From positions 154,401 to 218,400 of the IMG/VR virus record IMGVR_UViG_3300032285_004054: a stretch of DNA of 64,000 nucleotides; one strand, written 5' to 3'. Both the position numbers and the translations under genes were made by a program. Within the stretch, counting starts at the first letter, position 1. Every line of letters starts with the position of its first letter. Positions 29,630 through 38,550 of this stretch are shown in pieces. The notes under the pieces are model-generated. The model did no database searches, was not told the origin of the DNA, and was given only the letters and a program-made list of their open reading frames with translations.

Positions 29630-30240
29630 TATTTTAATCTCTTAATAGGGCAGCAACAATGCTTGTATATATTACAACCACCGCAATGACGACCGTTATC
29701 AAGGTAGATATGAGGTCTTGCGCATGCAAAATGAGTAATTGACTTTACATCATCCGGGTTTGTCATATCCAAAAACTTAGGATCACCTTTAGGTTTTAGG
29801 ATATATTTCGAGGGATTAGGATCATTAATAAAATCGTTCAAAGCTTTTCTTTGAGCTCTCCTCTTAGCTCGCTCTCTATTTTTAATCTTAGGAGCATAAC
29901 ATTTCAAATACTTAAGAGGTAGCTCGGTATTATCCCTGTATTTGTATTTGTTACGAATTTCAATATCTGTGAATCCGTCTTTAAGCATCTTTCTTGCATC
30001 CTTACAAACGTAGTATTGTACATACTCAGACGAAGAAGGAAACTTAAGCTTAATAGCCTGCTTCTCAAGCATTGCTTTACTAATTTTAAATTCCTGACCA
30101 GTAAGAATACAAATAACAACTGGCTTACGAGGACGCTTGAGCACTCTCTCTTTTTTAACCTTAACTGGTTTTGTTTTAACAGGCTTAGGCTTAACAGTCT
30201 TAACCTTCGTAGGTTTAACTTTCTTTTTCTTTTTAATCAT
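29629..30240 (-). CDS. Basic protein with Cys-rich C-terminus
   Basis: K/P-rich N-terminus; CARP...CGGC...CCC. Confidence 0.6.
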   Translation of the reverse strand: MIKKKKKVKPTKVKTVKPKPVKTKPVKVKKERVLKRPRKPVVICILTGQEFKISKAMLEKQAIKLKFPSSSEYVQYYVCKDARKMLKDGFTDIEIRNKYKYRDNTELPLKYLKCYAPKIKNRERAKRRAQRKALNDFINDPNPSKYILKPKGDPKFLDMTNPDDVKSITHFACARPHIYLDNGRHCGGCNIYKHCCCPIKRLK

Positions 30241-30251
30241 AAATAAAATAT

Positions 30252-30437
30252 ATGCCCATCATTAAAGGAAATAAAGCAAAAAGTAAAAAATCAATTGCTA
30301 AAAATATTAAAACCGAGCTAAAAGCAGGTAAGCCTAAAAAACAAGCAGTAGCCATTGCTTTAAGTTTAGCGGGTAAAAAGAAGAAAACTGTCAAGGAATC
30401 TTTTGACAGTGTAGTTGCTTCTATACTTGGTGAATAA
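30252..30437 (+). CDS. Small very basic late protein
   Basis: KPKKQAVAIALSLA; TAAATA 6 nt upstream. Confidence 0.65.
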   Translation: MPIIKGNKAKSKKSIAKNIKTELKAGKPKKQAVAIALSLAGKKKKTVKESFDSVVASILGE

Positions 30438-30472
30438 AAGAAAAACGGCCGGATTTCTCCGGCCGTTTCTTA
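30437..30472. terminator. Bidirectional intrinsic terminator
   Basis: 11-bp stem AAACGGCCGGA/TCCGGCCGTTT between convergent genes. Confidence 0.85.
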
Positions 30473-30484
30473 AGTTAAGAACAA

Positions 30485-30715
30485 TTAGCGATTACCCTTA
30501 ACGCGTGCCCAACGACCCTTGTTGTCACGTACGTTGTAGTAGCGTGCACGGAGGAGGGCAGTATTGGTACGATCAACGAAACCAAGGAACTCGTACTTGG
30601 AAGGGTTGATGTAGTTCTCCACGATGCTCTCCCTCATGGTACGAGGCATTGCGGAATCGACGTCAAAGTTAGCAATCTCGCTAACATTCTTTGTTGTGAT
30701 GGTGTTGTTTGTCAT
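30485..30715 (-). CDS. Hypothetical protein
   Basis: 76 aa ORF with GC-richer codon usage. Confidence 0.6.
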   Translation of the reverse strand: MTNNTITTKNVSEIANFDVDSAMPRTMRESIVENYINPSKYEFLGFVDRTNTALLRARYYNVRDNKGRWARVKGNR

Positions 30716-30745
30716 AACGATTTTTATAATAGAAGCTGCTTTCTA

Positions 30746-31912
30746 TTATTCAACTGAAAAACCAATAATTCTTTTTTCACTCTTAACGTCACCATGTACG
30801 TTTTCTACTTCGGCATTGTAAATTTCAGCCAAAGACATAGGCTCTGTAACTTTAACTTTAAGCTTCATCTTCTTAACAAGCTTTTGTGCTGTTTTTACAG
30901 AAAGTTTATCAAATTGATATTCTTTCTTAAGTCTTCCCTTACGTAAGAGAGCTTGATCGAGTTCATGTCTCGGGTTATTGTAAGTTGCAATAATTGAGAT
31001 ATTAAAAATATCCCCCATCATACCGTCTGTAAGGTTTAGAATAGTAGAAACTAGGGACGATTGATCACCACCCTCTCTTTGAAGAAGTGCTTTCTCAGCA
31101 TCTTCAATAATTAGAATACTAGATTTTTTATCAAGAAGTGCAGGTAGAAAGGACGGATCAACAATTGCATCAATAAAGTTTGTCGGTACGTAAATCATAT
31201 TACGCTTAACAACTGATGAAAGGTATTTGATATAAGTTGTCTTACCTGTACCAGGGTCGCCATGAAACAAATACAAACCGCTTTTGTTCTTGTTTAACTC
31301 TTCAACGATCTCATCATGCACTTTTTCTAATTCTGGCTCATAATGAGTTGTAATATCATATGTTTCAGGTAAAACAACTTCAAAAGGTTCAAAATTAAAA
31401 CCACTAGCTGTTTTTATAATTGTATGAATTACAGCTTTATAATTTGGTTTATAGATAAATTCTTCAAAGTCTTCTAAAGGCGGACGAACACCTGGAGGAT
31501 GATAAAAACGTAGAACATAATACTGTTCTTTAGTGTTATTAACACTTCTTTGTTCAGCCATTTCAATTTCAATAACAATATTTTCTTTGTATAGATATGT
31601 ACCTCTGTATTGTGCATCCCCATCTTCTTCCCACGTTAAACCTCCGTCATCTACATAACCTGAAGCTCCTTTACTAAGTTCATTAGGTACAAAAATCCAA
31701 TCAGAAATTAGCTTACCTTTTTCTTTAATTATTTCTACTGCATTAAAACTATATTGAAATGAAGAGTTGTACACACAAGGACAGCATTTAAATCTTTCCA
31801 TAAAGAAAGATCCAACAGGCAATATATGGGTTGTGTGACTTTTTGTAAAAAAATCATGAGACTTATCAAAGATTAAAGGATCGCCGTCTCCTGAGATGGT
31901 AATTTTTTTCAT
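30746..31912 (-). CDS. AAA+ ATPase
   Basis: GDPGTGKT, IIEDAE, ALLRKGR. Confidence 0.9.
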   Translation of the reverse strand: MKKITISGDGDPLIFDKSHDFFTKSHTTHILPVGSFFMERFKCCPCVYNSSFQYSFNAVEIIKEKGKLISDWIFVPNELSKGASGYVDDGGLTWEEDGDAQYRGTYLYKENIVIEIEMAEQRSVNNTKEQYYVLRFYHPPGVRPPLEDFEEFIYKPNYKAVIHTIIKTASGFNFEPFEVVLPETYDITTHYEPELEKVHDEIVEELNKNKSGLYLFHGDPGTGKTTYIKYLSSVVKRNMIYVPTNFIDAIVDPSFLPALLDKKSSILIIEDAEKALLQREGGDQSSLVSTILNLTDGMMGDIFNISIIATYNNPRHELDQALLRKGRLKKEYQFDKLSVKTAQKLVKKMKLKVKVTEPMSLAEIYNAEVENVHGDVKSEKRIIGFSVE

Positions 31913-32850
31913 TTTAATGTAACGTAGTTGATATACTTTAAGGACGATAAATCATTACCGCCAGCGTAACTTATAGAAGACTGTAGTGACTGTTTAATTT
32001 CTGCTAAACGTTGCTCAAGGGTAACTCCCTGCTCAAGCTCTAACAGCGTACCTTCAATATGTTTATTTTCTTTCTTTGCTGAAAAACTTGCAGAACCAAA
32101 ATACACTTTACGTCCATTTACAGTAGGAGCAGGAGAATCAGCACATGATGCAAATAATGAACCTGCCATGGTTATTGTAGCACCAGCGGAAATAGCTTTA
32201 GCAATATCACCGTAATATCTAATACCTCCATCTGCAATAATAGGAATACATGCTTCCTTGGCACAATTTTGTACAGCCGTGAACATCGGTATATGAAAAC
32301 CGGTTTGCAGTCTTGTGGTACATGCTCTACCAGGCCCGATCCCTACTTTCAAGGCATTAGCTCCCCAATTAGTTAAATCAGTTACTGCTTCAGGAGTAGT
32401 AATATTACCTGCTATAATAAAAGTATTCGGAAAAAATAGTTTGATATAATCAATCATCCTACGAACTTTTTCGTGATGACCGTGAGCTACATCAATAGTA
32501 ATATAATCGACCCTTAATCTATCATCGTAAATTCTATTTAACTCATCGTAACTATCCTGATTAACACCAGTACTGATACTAATAATATGATGACCTAAAT
32601 CATTAAATTTTAAAACAAACGGGTAGGTAATCTTGTTAAAACGATGCATTACATAAAAGTAATTGTTTAAACTCATCCATCCTGCCCAGTCCTCACTTAT
32701 TACCGTTTCCATATTTGACGGTACAATAGGAAGTTTGAAATTGTAGTTTCCTAATCTTACAGATGTATCAGCTAGAGATCTACTCTCAAGTTGAGAGTAT
32801 TGAGGTACGAGGTAAACATCGTCGTAACAGAGAGCTGGCTTAACATTCAT
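31909..32850 (-). CDS. guaC: GMP reductase (IMPDH/GMPR family, no CBS domain)
   Basis: YDDVYLVP, DVAHGH, KVGIGPGRACTT, DGGIRYYGD. Confidence 0.88.
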   Translation of the reverse strand: MNVKPALCYDDVYLVPQYSQLESRSLADTSVRLGNYNFKLPIVPSNMETVISEDWAGWMSLNNYFYVMHRFNKITYPFVLKFNDLGHHIISISTGVNQDSYDELNRIYDDRLRVDYITIDVAHGHHEKVRRMIDYIKLFFPNTFIIAGNITTPEAVTDLTNWGANALKVGIGPGRACTTRLQTGFHIPMFTAVQNCAKEACIPIIADGGIRYYGDIAKAISAGATITMAGSLFASCADSPAPTVNGRKVYFGSASFSAKKENKHIEGTLLELEQGVTLEQRLAEIKQSLQSSISYAGGNDLSSLKYINYVTLK

Positions 32851-32852
32851 AA

Positions 32853-33065
32853 GTGTGTAAAATTACACCTATGATTTTACGTACAATAATCATATTATCA
32901 ACCTGTTTATTAACAGGCTGTCTTTCACTACAAAAAGATGATTACGGTAACACTTGCTTAGGAAATAAAATACTTACACTTAAGGGAGTAGTCAATACAG
33001 AAGATTACAGAATAACCCCTCAAAAACCTCCAGGTCTAGATAACACAGTTACAATATTTTTTTAA
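32853..33065 (+). CDS. Putative lipoprotein
   Basis: Hydrophobic signal plus lipobox LLTGC (likely start MILRT). Confidence 0.55.
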   Translation: MCKITPMILRTIIILSTCLLTGCLSLQKDDYGNTCLGNKILTLKGVVNTEDYRITPQKPPGLDNTVTIFF

Positions 33066-33066
33066 G

Positions 33067-33099
33067 AAAAAAAAAAAGGGCCCGTAAGGGCCCTTTTTT
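33067..33099. terminator. Bidirectional intrinsic terminator
   Basis: A11-GGGCCC-GTAA-GGGCCC-T6 between convergent genes. Confidence 0.88.
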
Positions 33100-33112
33100 A
33101 GGTTATATGTTC

Positions 33113-34195
33113 TTAGGCTCCTACGGGAGTAAGAAACGGGTTAGGCGCCATTGAAGCAAGATCCGGTCCAGAGAAGAACAGATCGGATGCAAGACGGTTG
33201 ATCTCCATACGTGTAGCAATCTCCTCATCCGTAAGCTTATGAGTAGCCGTATGGGTGAGCTGATTGAACAGATCGTAACTGTTAATGTTTGAGTTAGCAG
33301 ATGCCAACCAGCGATTGTTTTGCTTCTTAACATCCACCCCGATTGAAGCATAACGAGTCTTGATAACTTCGTCGTTAAAGACTTCTGCAGCGAGTTCCTT
33401 ATCGTAGTTTGCAACAACAGCCTTAGCAGCATAAAACTCCCTCAAAGAGGCGTTATTGCTACGAAGACGGTTACAACCCTGTTGAATCTCTTCCTTGTAC
33501 CCTTCACCGCCTAGGTAACGTCCAATCTGACGATCGAAAGTCTTCTGTGTGAGTTCAGTGCTTGAAACAAAACGCTGAGCCATACGATGAACAGCTTGCA
33601 TGCCGTTCGAGCAAACAAGTCGCAGAAAGTAAGGATAGGATTGAAGTTTATTGAGTGACATACTCAAGCCAAATCCGCCTTTCCAGAGATCTTGACCGTC
33701 ACCGAAGACGTCGATATCAGCGTTAGGGTTCTTAAAGTCAATATTAATTGAAATATTAACAGGGTCAAAGTTCATACTACGAAGTTCTAGATCTACGTTT
33801 GTACCTCGAAGATACTCCTCAGTAAAGCGAAGACCGTTAGTAAGATCTACCGGTTTCTCTTCGGTAGACTCATGATTTAGGATGCGAGTAATATATTGAT
33901 CTTTATGATTTACTACTGCAGTTACAACTTTATTCTCTTTAATATTTGAGAGAGCGTCATGCAAAGGAGCCCACTGAGAGGCATCATCTTTAATTTCATT
34001 AACCAAATCGTCCTTAATTCCAAGGACACCAAGAAGGTTACTTAGAGAAGTCTCTCCGAGCCTGTTTCCATTAGCGGAAAAAGAGTTTCCACTCTTTTCG
34101 ATGTCTTTGACGGCGAGAGGCACCAACGAATAACCGTTCAATGTCTCTTGAATGCTGCTACGATGAGCTACGTATTTTTCTAGTGTTGTTGTCAT
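33113..34195 (-). CDS. DUF932-like protein
   Basis: RLVCSNGM motif, YDLFNQLTH. Confidence 0.6.
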   Translation of the reverse strand: MTTTLEKYVAHRSSIQETLNGYSLVPLAVKDIEKSGNSFSANGNRLGETSLSNLLGVLGIKDDLVNEIKDDASQWAPLHDALSNIKENKVVTAVVNHKDQYITRILNHESTEEKPVDLTNGLRFTEEYLRGTNVDLELRSMNFDPVNISINIDFKNPNADIDVFGDGQDLWKGGFGLSMSLNKLQSYPYFLRLVCSNGMQAVHRMAQRFVSSTELTQKTFDRQIGRYLGGEGYKEEIQQGCNRLRSNNASLREFYAAKAVVANYDKELAAEVFNDEVIKTRYASIGVDVKKQNNRWLASANSNINSYDLFNQLTHTATHKLTDEEIATRMEINRLASDLFFSGPDLASMAPNPFLTPVGA

Positions 34196-34240
34196 ACCCC
34201 TACATTATACGGGATATAATTTTGAACTCCAGCAATTTTT

Positions 34241-34522
34241 TTAATCTTCCGGAAATTCTTTTTGCTTCCTAAAAACTTCTACAGTTTTAAGTAATTCTGC
34301 TTTATCGTTTGTGTTGAGAAGTCGATGTAGCATATCACTCTCTTCAATTAGTGTTTTTATTTTACCGGCAAGTAAGTCAGGAGCTTGAACACCTGCAATA
34401 TGTTGACAGGAACGTAAAGATGTATAAGCCTGTCTGTATTTTTCGTTTTCTTCAACGAGTTTTTGTATGTCACTATTAAACTGTATCGTAACGCCCTGTT
34501 TAAGTCTAGTGTGCGGTGTCAT
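34241..34522 (-). CDS. Hypothetical protein
   Basis: 93 aa helical ORF. Confidence 0.5.
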   Translation of the reverse strand: MTPHTRLKQGVTIQFNSDIQKLVEENEKYRQAYTSLRSCQHIAGVQAPDLLAGKIKTLIEESDMLHRLLNTNDKAELLKTVEVFRKQKEFPED

Positions 34523-34576
34523 AGCTAAAATATTTATACTTGATAAGGTACTTTTACAAAAATAAATAAACCGATT

Positions 34577-34765
34577 ATGCCAAATACATCAAACACAATA
34601 ATTGAACTTGTAAATACTTTTGCTGCTGAAGCAGGTAAATTTTACGAGGGTAACAATGCCGCCGGCGCAAGAGCCCGGAAAGCTCTTCAGGAAATAATCA
34701 AGTACGGTCGTGACGAACGCAAGAGAATTCAGGAAGAGAAAAACGCACGTAAAGCTGCAAAGTAA
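34577..34765 (+). CDS. Hc1-like (histone H1-like) nucleoid protein
   Basis: GNNAAGARARKAL pattern, basic C-terminus. Confidence 0.7.
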   Translation: MPNTSNTIIELVNTFAAEAGKFYEGNNAAGARARKALQEIIKYGRDERKRIQEEKNARKAAK

Positions 34766-34767
34766 AA

Positions 34768-35406
34768 GTGTCAGTTAAACTCGTATCGGTTACAAAACCG
34801 GTTATTGAGGGAATCACGAGCGCAGAGGATTTAATTTCTTACTGCGCTCGTGTCAGTAACCCTACTAATCAGTTTAATACAGAAACAGCTCCTAAGCTTC
34901 TTGCTTATCTTATAAAGCATAAGCATTGGTCACCATTTGAAATGGTATCTATGACCGTGGAGATTAAAACTTCTAGAGCTATTGCTGCTCAAATTCTTCG
35001 TCATCGTAGTTTTTCTTTTCAAGAGTTTTCTCAAAGATACTCTACAGCGACAGAACTCGAAGATATTGAATGGAGACTACAAGGTAAGACTAACCGTCAA
35101 GTAGGAGATGAAAAAGTCGATCTTAGTATAGGTGCATTAACAAAATTACATTTTTTACAAACAAAGTCTAAAGAATTGTATGATGAACTAATTAATTCAG
35201 GTATTGCAAAAGAATGCGCTAGAATGGTATTACCACTCAATACATCAACTACTTTATATATGAGCGGTACAATTCGTTCATGGATACATTATCTACAAAT
35301 ACGTAGCGACGAAACAACTCAAAAAGAGCATAGAGTTATTGCTATTAAAATTAGAGAGCTGTTTAACCAACAATTCCCAGTTGTTTCAGAAGCATTAAAT
35401 TGGTAA
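34768..35406 (+). CDS. thyX: Flavin-dependent thymidylate synthase
   Basis: HWSPFE, RHRSFSFQEFSQRY, ARMVLP. Confidence 0.95.
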   Translation: MSVKLVSVTKPVIEGITSAEDLISYCARVSNPTNQFNTETAPKLLAYLIKHKHWSPFEMVSMTVEIKTSRAIAAQILRHRSFSFQEFSQRYSTATELEDIEWRLQGKTNRQVGDEKVDLSIGALTKLHFLQTKSKELYDELINSGIAKECARMVLPLNTSTTLYMSGTIRSWIHYLQIRSDETTQKEHRVIAIKIRELFNQQFPVVSEALNW

Positions 35407-35407
35407 G

Positions 35408-35479
35408 TGGAATCGATGGGACTCGAACCCATAACCAATAGATTAAAAGTCTACTGCTCTACCATTGAGCTACGATTCC
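35408..35479 (-). tRNA. tRNA-Lys(UUU), CCA not encoded
   Basis: Cloverleaf folded by hand; loop CTTTTAA. Confidence 0.92.
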
Positions 35480-35483
35480 AAAA

Positions 35484-35558
35484 TGGTGCACGATGAGGGG
35501 ATCGAACCCCCGACCTTGTCCGTGTAAAGGACCTGCTCTACCGCTAAGCTAATCGTGC
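35484..35558 (-). tRNA. tRNA-Val(UAC)
   Basis: Loop TTTACAC, CCA encoded. Confidence 0.92.
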
Positions 35559-35564
35559 TAAAAG

Positions 35565-35644
35565 TGCTCATGGAGGGACTTGAACCCCCACCCTTACGGA
35601 CTAGATCCTAAGTCTAGCGCGGCTGCCAATTACGCCACATGAGC
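35565..35644 (-). tRNA. tRNA-Leu(UAG), CCA not encoded
   Basis: Loop CTTAGGA, class II variable arm. Confidence 0.92.
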
Positions 35645-35651
35645 TTTAAAA

Positions 35652-35727
35652 TGGTACATCGGGCAGGGATCGAACCTGCGACCAAGGGTTTAGAAAACCC
35701 CTGCTCTATCCACTGAGCTACCGATGC
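35652..35727 (-). tRNA. tRNA-Arg(UCU)
   Basis: Loop TTTCTAA, CCA encoded. Confidence 0.92.
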
Positions 35728-35731
35728 ATAT

Positions 35732-35902
35732 TTAAGGAAGTTCCTCCTTTGGAGGGTCAATAATATCTTTAATCTCTGCCTGAATACGTTTGATTTCTTC
35801 GTTAAAAGCTTTTGCAGACTGCTTCTTACGATTTTTCATATCGTCAAGATCCTGTACTAGTTGAAATACTCTTGCTTCTTTTGTTGTGTTTGTTTCTTCC
35901 AT
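35732..35902 (-). CDS. Small coiled-coil protein inside the tRNA cluster
   Basis: Manual translation MEETNTTKEARVFQLVQDLDDMKNRKK... (56 aa). Confidence 0.6.
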   Translation of the reverse strand: MEETNTTKEARVFQLVQDLDDMKNRKKQSAKAFNEEIKRIQAEIKDIIDPPKEELP

Positions 35903-35912
35903 AATTTTAAAG

Positions 35913-35988
35913 TGGTGCGCCCGGAGGGATTTGAACCCCCAACCAATCAGTTATGAGCCGACTGCTCTGACCATTGAGCTACAAGCGC
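35913..35988 (-). tRNA. tRNA(CAU), Ile2 or elongator Met
   Basis: Loop CTCATAA, A73, CCA; no initiator GGG/CCC stem. Confidence 0.85.
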
Positions 35989-35998
35989 GTTGTTAAAA

Positions 35999-36074
35999 TG
36001 GTACTCCAGGTCGGATTCGAACCGACACTTGAGGGATTTTAAGTCCCTTGTCTCTGCCGTTGGACTACTGGAGC
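35999..36074 (-). tRNA. tRNA-Leu(UAA) with short variable loop
   Basis: Loop CTTAAAA, 5-nt variable loop, CCA. Confidence 0.85.
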
Positions 36075-36219
36075 GCATAAAAGACATATTAATTACAAAG
36101 CCAAAGGCATTCAAGAAGAAAAATAATAAAACTCAAAATAACTACAATAGTAATAGTCTTTTCGTGATTCCAAAAATTTTGAAACGCAATATAGAGCTGA
36201 TTATTTTTCATATCAAAAA

Positions 36220-36314
36220 TGGTACTGGGTGTGGGAATCGAACCCACGCTCGGCCCTCATCTAGGGCGCCACGATTATAAGTCGTGCGGTGCTCTCCAAT
36301 TACACTAACCCAGT
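36220..36314 (-). tRNA. Atypical long-arm tRNA with UAU anticodon (reads Ile AUA)
   Basis: Acceptor ACTGGGT/ACCCAGT, loop CTTATAA, ~22-nt variable region with GCCCT/AGGGC stem, T-arm GTGGG-TTCGATT-CCCAC, CCA. Confidence 0.82.
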
Positions 36315-36320
36315 ATAGAA

Positions 36321-36536
36321 TTATTTGTTCTTGTTATACTCGTTTTGAGCTTTGATTTGCTTACTCTTACGAACTTTGATTTTTTCTTTAGCTTTCTTTT
36401 TTTGGTTAGGTGTGAGAAAATTACGGTGTAACCTTACTTCATCAAGAATACCTTCTCGGTCAATCTTTGTCTTAAGCTTCTTAAGTGCGCGTTCTAGGCC
36501 ATTCGGCTCTCTGTTGTTTACGTATACTTGTACCAT
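36321..36536 (-). CDS. rpsU: Ribosomal protein bS21
   Basis: LERALKKLKTKIDREGILDEVRLHRNFLTP bS21 pattern, 71 aa, basic tail. Confidence 0.88.
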   Translation of the reverse strand: MVQVYVNNREPNGLERALKKLKTKIDREGILDEVRLHRNFLTPNQKKKAKEKIKVRKSKQIKAQNEYNKNK

Positions 36537-36591
36537 ATTTAGAATTATACCTTTTTAAGTTAAAATAGCAAATGAAAAAATAAATATTATT

Positions 36592-36903
36592 ATGAAAGAC
36601 TTTAAGAGATTTAATAGAGAAGAACCTTGGTATACAAAAGTATATGTAAAGTTAATAATATATATTGTTATATCTTGTATTACTTCTCTTATAGCAGATC
36701 TTTCACACTATACATGTCACGATTCAGGGTTTGGAGATATAACCCCTGTGCATTGGATTGTAATAGGTTTAAATTTTATATTACAAGGGGTAATAGCTTG
36801 GAGAGCATTTATTGACGAATCTTCTGCTAAATACAGAGAGTATTTAGAAAATTACGAAGATAAAGAAGAAGAAAAAATTGAGAAAGTAGCAGCTATTAGG
36901 TAA
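36592..36903 (+). CDS. Two-TM late membrane protein (holin candidate)
   Basis: Two hydrophobic helices, charged tail, TAAATA upstream. Confidence 0.45.
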   Translation: MKDFKRFNREEPWYTKVYVKLIIYIVISCITSLIADLSHYTCHDSGFGDITPVHWIVIGLNFILQGVIAWRAFIDESSAKYREYLENYEDKEEEKIEKVAAIR

Positions 36904-37210
36904 TTTCCCATTCGTCATCCCAATTGTCTAATGTAACATCATTGGATTTATTTTGCTGCCATTGATCATCAGATACAACTTTCTTATCAAGAATATATTC
37001 AATTGTACTCTGTAGCTCTTTCTGATTAAAGACTTCGTAACTAAAAGTGTTACCTCTGGTATCGTTATGAATAACTTCAGCAGATTCATCATCAATGCTA
37101 AGCTCAACGAGTACTTCACCTTTATTCTTATCTACGGTTGAGTAGGTATAAAACCTTTCGTCAATAACTCCGTCGAACTTAAAGAATGTATTATCTAGGT
37201 ATTTTTTCAT
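36896..37210 (-). CDS. Hypothetical acidic protein
   Basis: 104 aa ORF. Confidence 0.55.
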   Translation of the reverse strand: MKKYLDNTFFKFDGVIDERFYTYSTVDKNKGEVLVELSIDDESAEVIHNDTRGNTFSYEVFNQKELQSTIEYILDKKVVSDDQWQQNKSNDVTLDNWDDEWEIT

Positions 37211-37211
37211 A

Positions 37212-37421
37212 TTATGGATGGATGTATGTTAGTAGTGTAATGTATATAAAAAGGAGCATTAGAGCATCTAGATTAATAAAACCTAAACAATTAAGCACGC
37301 AAGCAGTAAATAGAGCTGCTACACCGGTAAACCCTGTTTCAGACTTAGTCTTATTAAACCAAATATAGGTAAAAATAAACAAAAACAATAACGCTATCAT
37401 ACTAGTATACAGGATCACCAA
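37212..37421 (-). CDS. Small membrane protein
   Basis: Hydrophobic 69 aa ORF. Confidence 0.5.
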   Translation of the reverse strand: MVILYTSMIALLFLFIFTYIWFNKTKSETGFTGVAALFTACVLNCLGFINLDALMLLFIYITLLTYIHP

Positions 37422-37584
37422 GACCGTACTCTTCTTTTTCTAGAGCAATAATAATCTGCCCGTAATTGTAAAACTTACCATCTATCTCTACATCATTTGA
37501 TGTAACTTTTTCCGCTGTAAAATGTACGTTTTCTTTTATAAACTCCCTTGTTACAGGGTTATTAATATCGAAGCTGAATTTCAT
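37402..37584 (-). CDS. Hypothetical protein
   Basis: 60 aa ORF. Confidence 0.5.
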   Translation of the reverse strand: MKFSFDINNPVTREFIKENVHFTAEKVTSNDVEIDGKFYNYGQIIIALEKEEYGLGDPVY

Positions 37585-37778
37585 AACTACTACACAGAAG
37601 CCTCTGTCTGTTCAGTACTGTCAATAATATCTACTACAGTAGCGCTCTTTTCAGTATGCTGACCTCCGGGTAGACCAATATCATTATTGGTAGAGGTAGG
37701 ATCAATATAGGCGTTTACTGGTAGTTCCGTATTTGTCATACCTGAATATTATAATATTAGAAATTATAATCCAGCTTT

Positions 37779-38174
37779 TTATATACCTTTTGCAGCAGCG
37801 TGGTAACGAGCTCTCTTAGCAACGTCACAAATAGCACTAGAAGCTACAGCAATCTTTTGTAACATCCAGGGCTCAATACTCTCACCAGAAGAGAGAATAT
37901 CATGAAGCTCTTTAGCGTTTGTAAAGAGATCAAAAAGGTTTGTCTTGGCCATTTCTAATTCCTCGCTTTCATGCTCTTCCGGAGACTCTTCACATTCACA
38001 ACCTTCTTCTTCAGGTTCTTCACCTAAATCCATAACAATTACACCAGCATCCTTGCCTTCATCATCCGTTACTTCAACAGGTGTTGTATCATGCTCAATA
38101 TCTGTAGGTTCATTATGATCTTTTTGTCTTGAGGAAATATAAGCCTCAGCAATTAAGCGAAATTCCTTGTCCAT
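37779..38174 (-). CDS. Putative internal virion protein
   Basis: MDKEFRLIAEAY; acidic; PWMLQKI helix. Confidence 0.6.
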   Translation of the reverse strand: MDKEFRLIAEAYISSRQKDHNEPTDIEHDTTPVEVTDDEGKDAGVIVMDLGEEPEEEGCECEESPEEHESEELEMAKTNLFDLFTNAKELHDILSSGESIEPWMLQKIAVASSAICDVAKRARYHAAAKGI

Positions 38175-38175
38175 A

Positions 38176-38541
38176 TTAAGCTACGCTTCCGTCCTCTGGA
38201 CAATTTCCTGTCTCGTGATCTCCGCCACAAGTCGTACAGACCTTAGCGGTTACTTTATCATCTTCGCCGGCTGTACCAGCAACTTCTTCTTTTTCTTTCT
38301 TTGTAAGAAGAGCGTCAAGATCAGCGATGGTCTTACCGTGGTCGTTAACAATCTTAACAATATCTTCTTTTTCGTCCTTAAGCTTTAGATAGTCCTTAGA
38401 ACCGTGCTCAGCTTTAAGTAAGGAACGAACTACTTTGTAGTAACGTCTTGCAAGCTTTTTGTTAACAACTTTATCAGTAGCTGTACCTTCGAGGATGCGC
38501 TGATAAGCTTCCGCTAATAATACTTCATCTTTATTGATCAT
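38176..38541 (-). CDS. Putative internal virion protein with C-terminal Cx2Cx3Hx4C knuckle
   Basis: LLAEAYQRILEG; CTTCGGDHETGNC; TAAATA 6 nt upstream. Confidence 0.6.
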   Translation of the reverse strand: MINKDEVLLAEAYQRILEGTATDKVVNKKLARRYYKVVRSLLKAEHGSKDYLKLKDEKEDIVKIVNDHGKTIADLDALLTKKEKEEVAGTAGEDDKVTAKVCTTCGGDHETGNCPEDGSVA

Positions 38542-38550
38542 ATATTATAT

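Noticed and set aside
31909-32850. IMP dehydrogenase (guaB)
   Set aside because: Short, no CBS domain, and DVAHGH-type motifs fit GMP reductase better.
35999-36074. Ochre suppressor or stop-codon reassignment
   Set aside because: Anticodon UAA reads UUA (Leu); a suppressor would be UUA. Core genes are intact under the standard code and use all three stops.
35990-36280. Track ORFs 35990-36280 (+) and 52186-52404 (-)
   Set aside because: They overlie tRNA genes.
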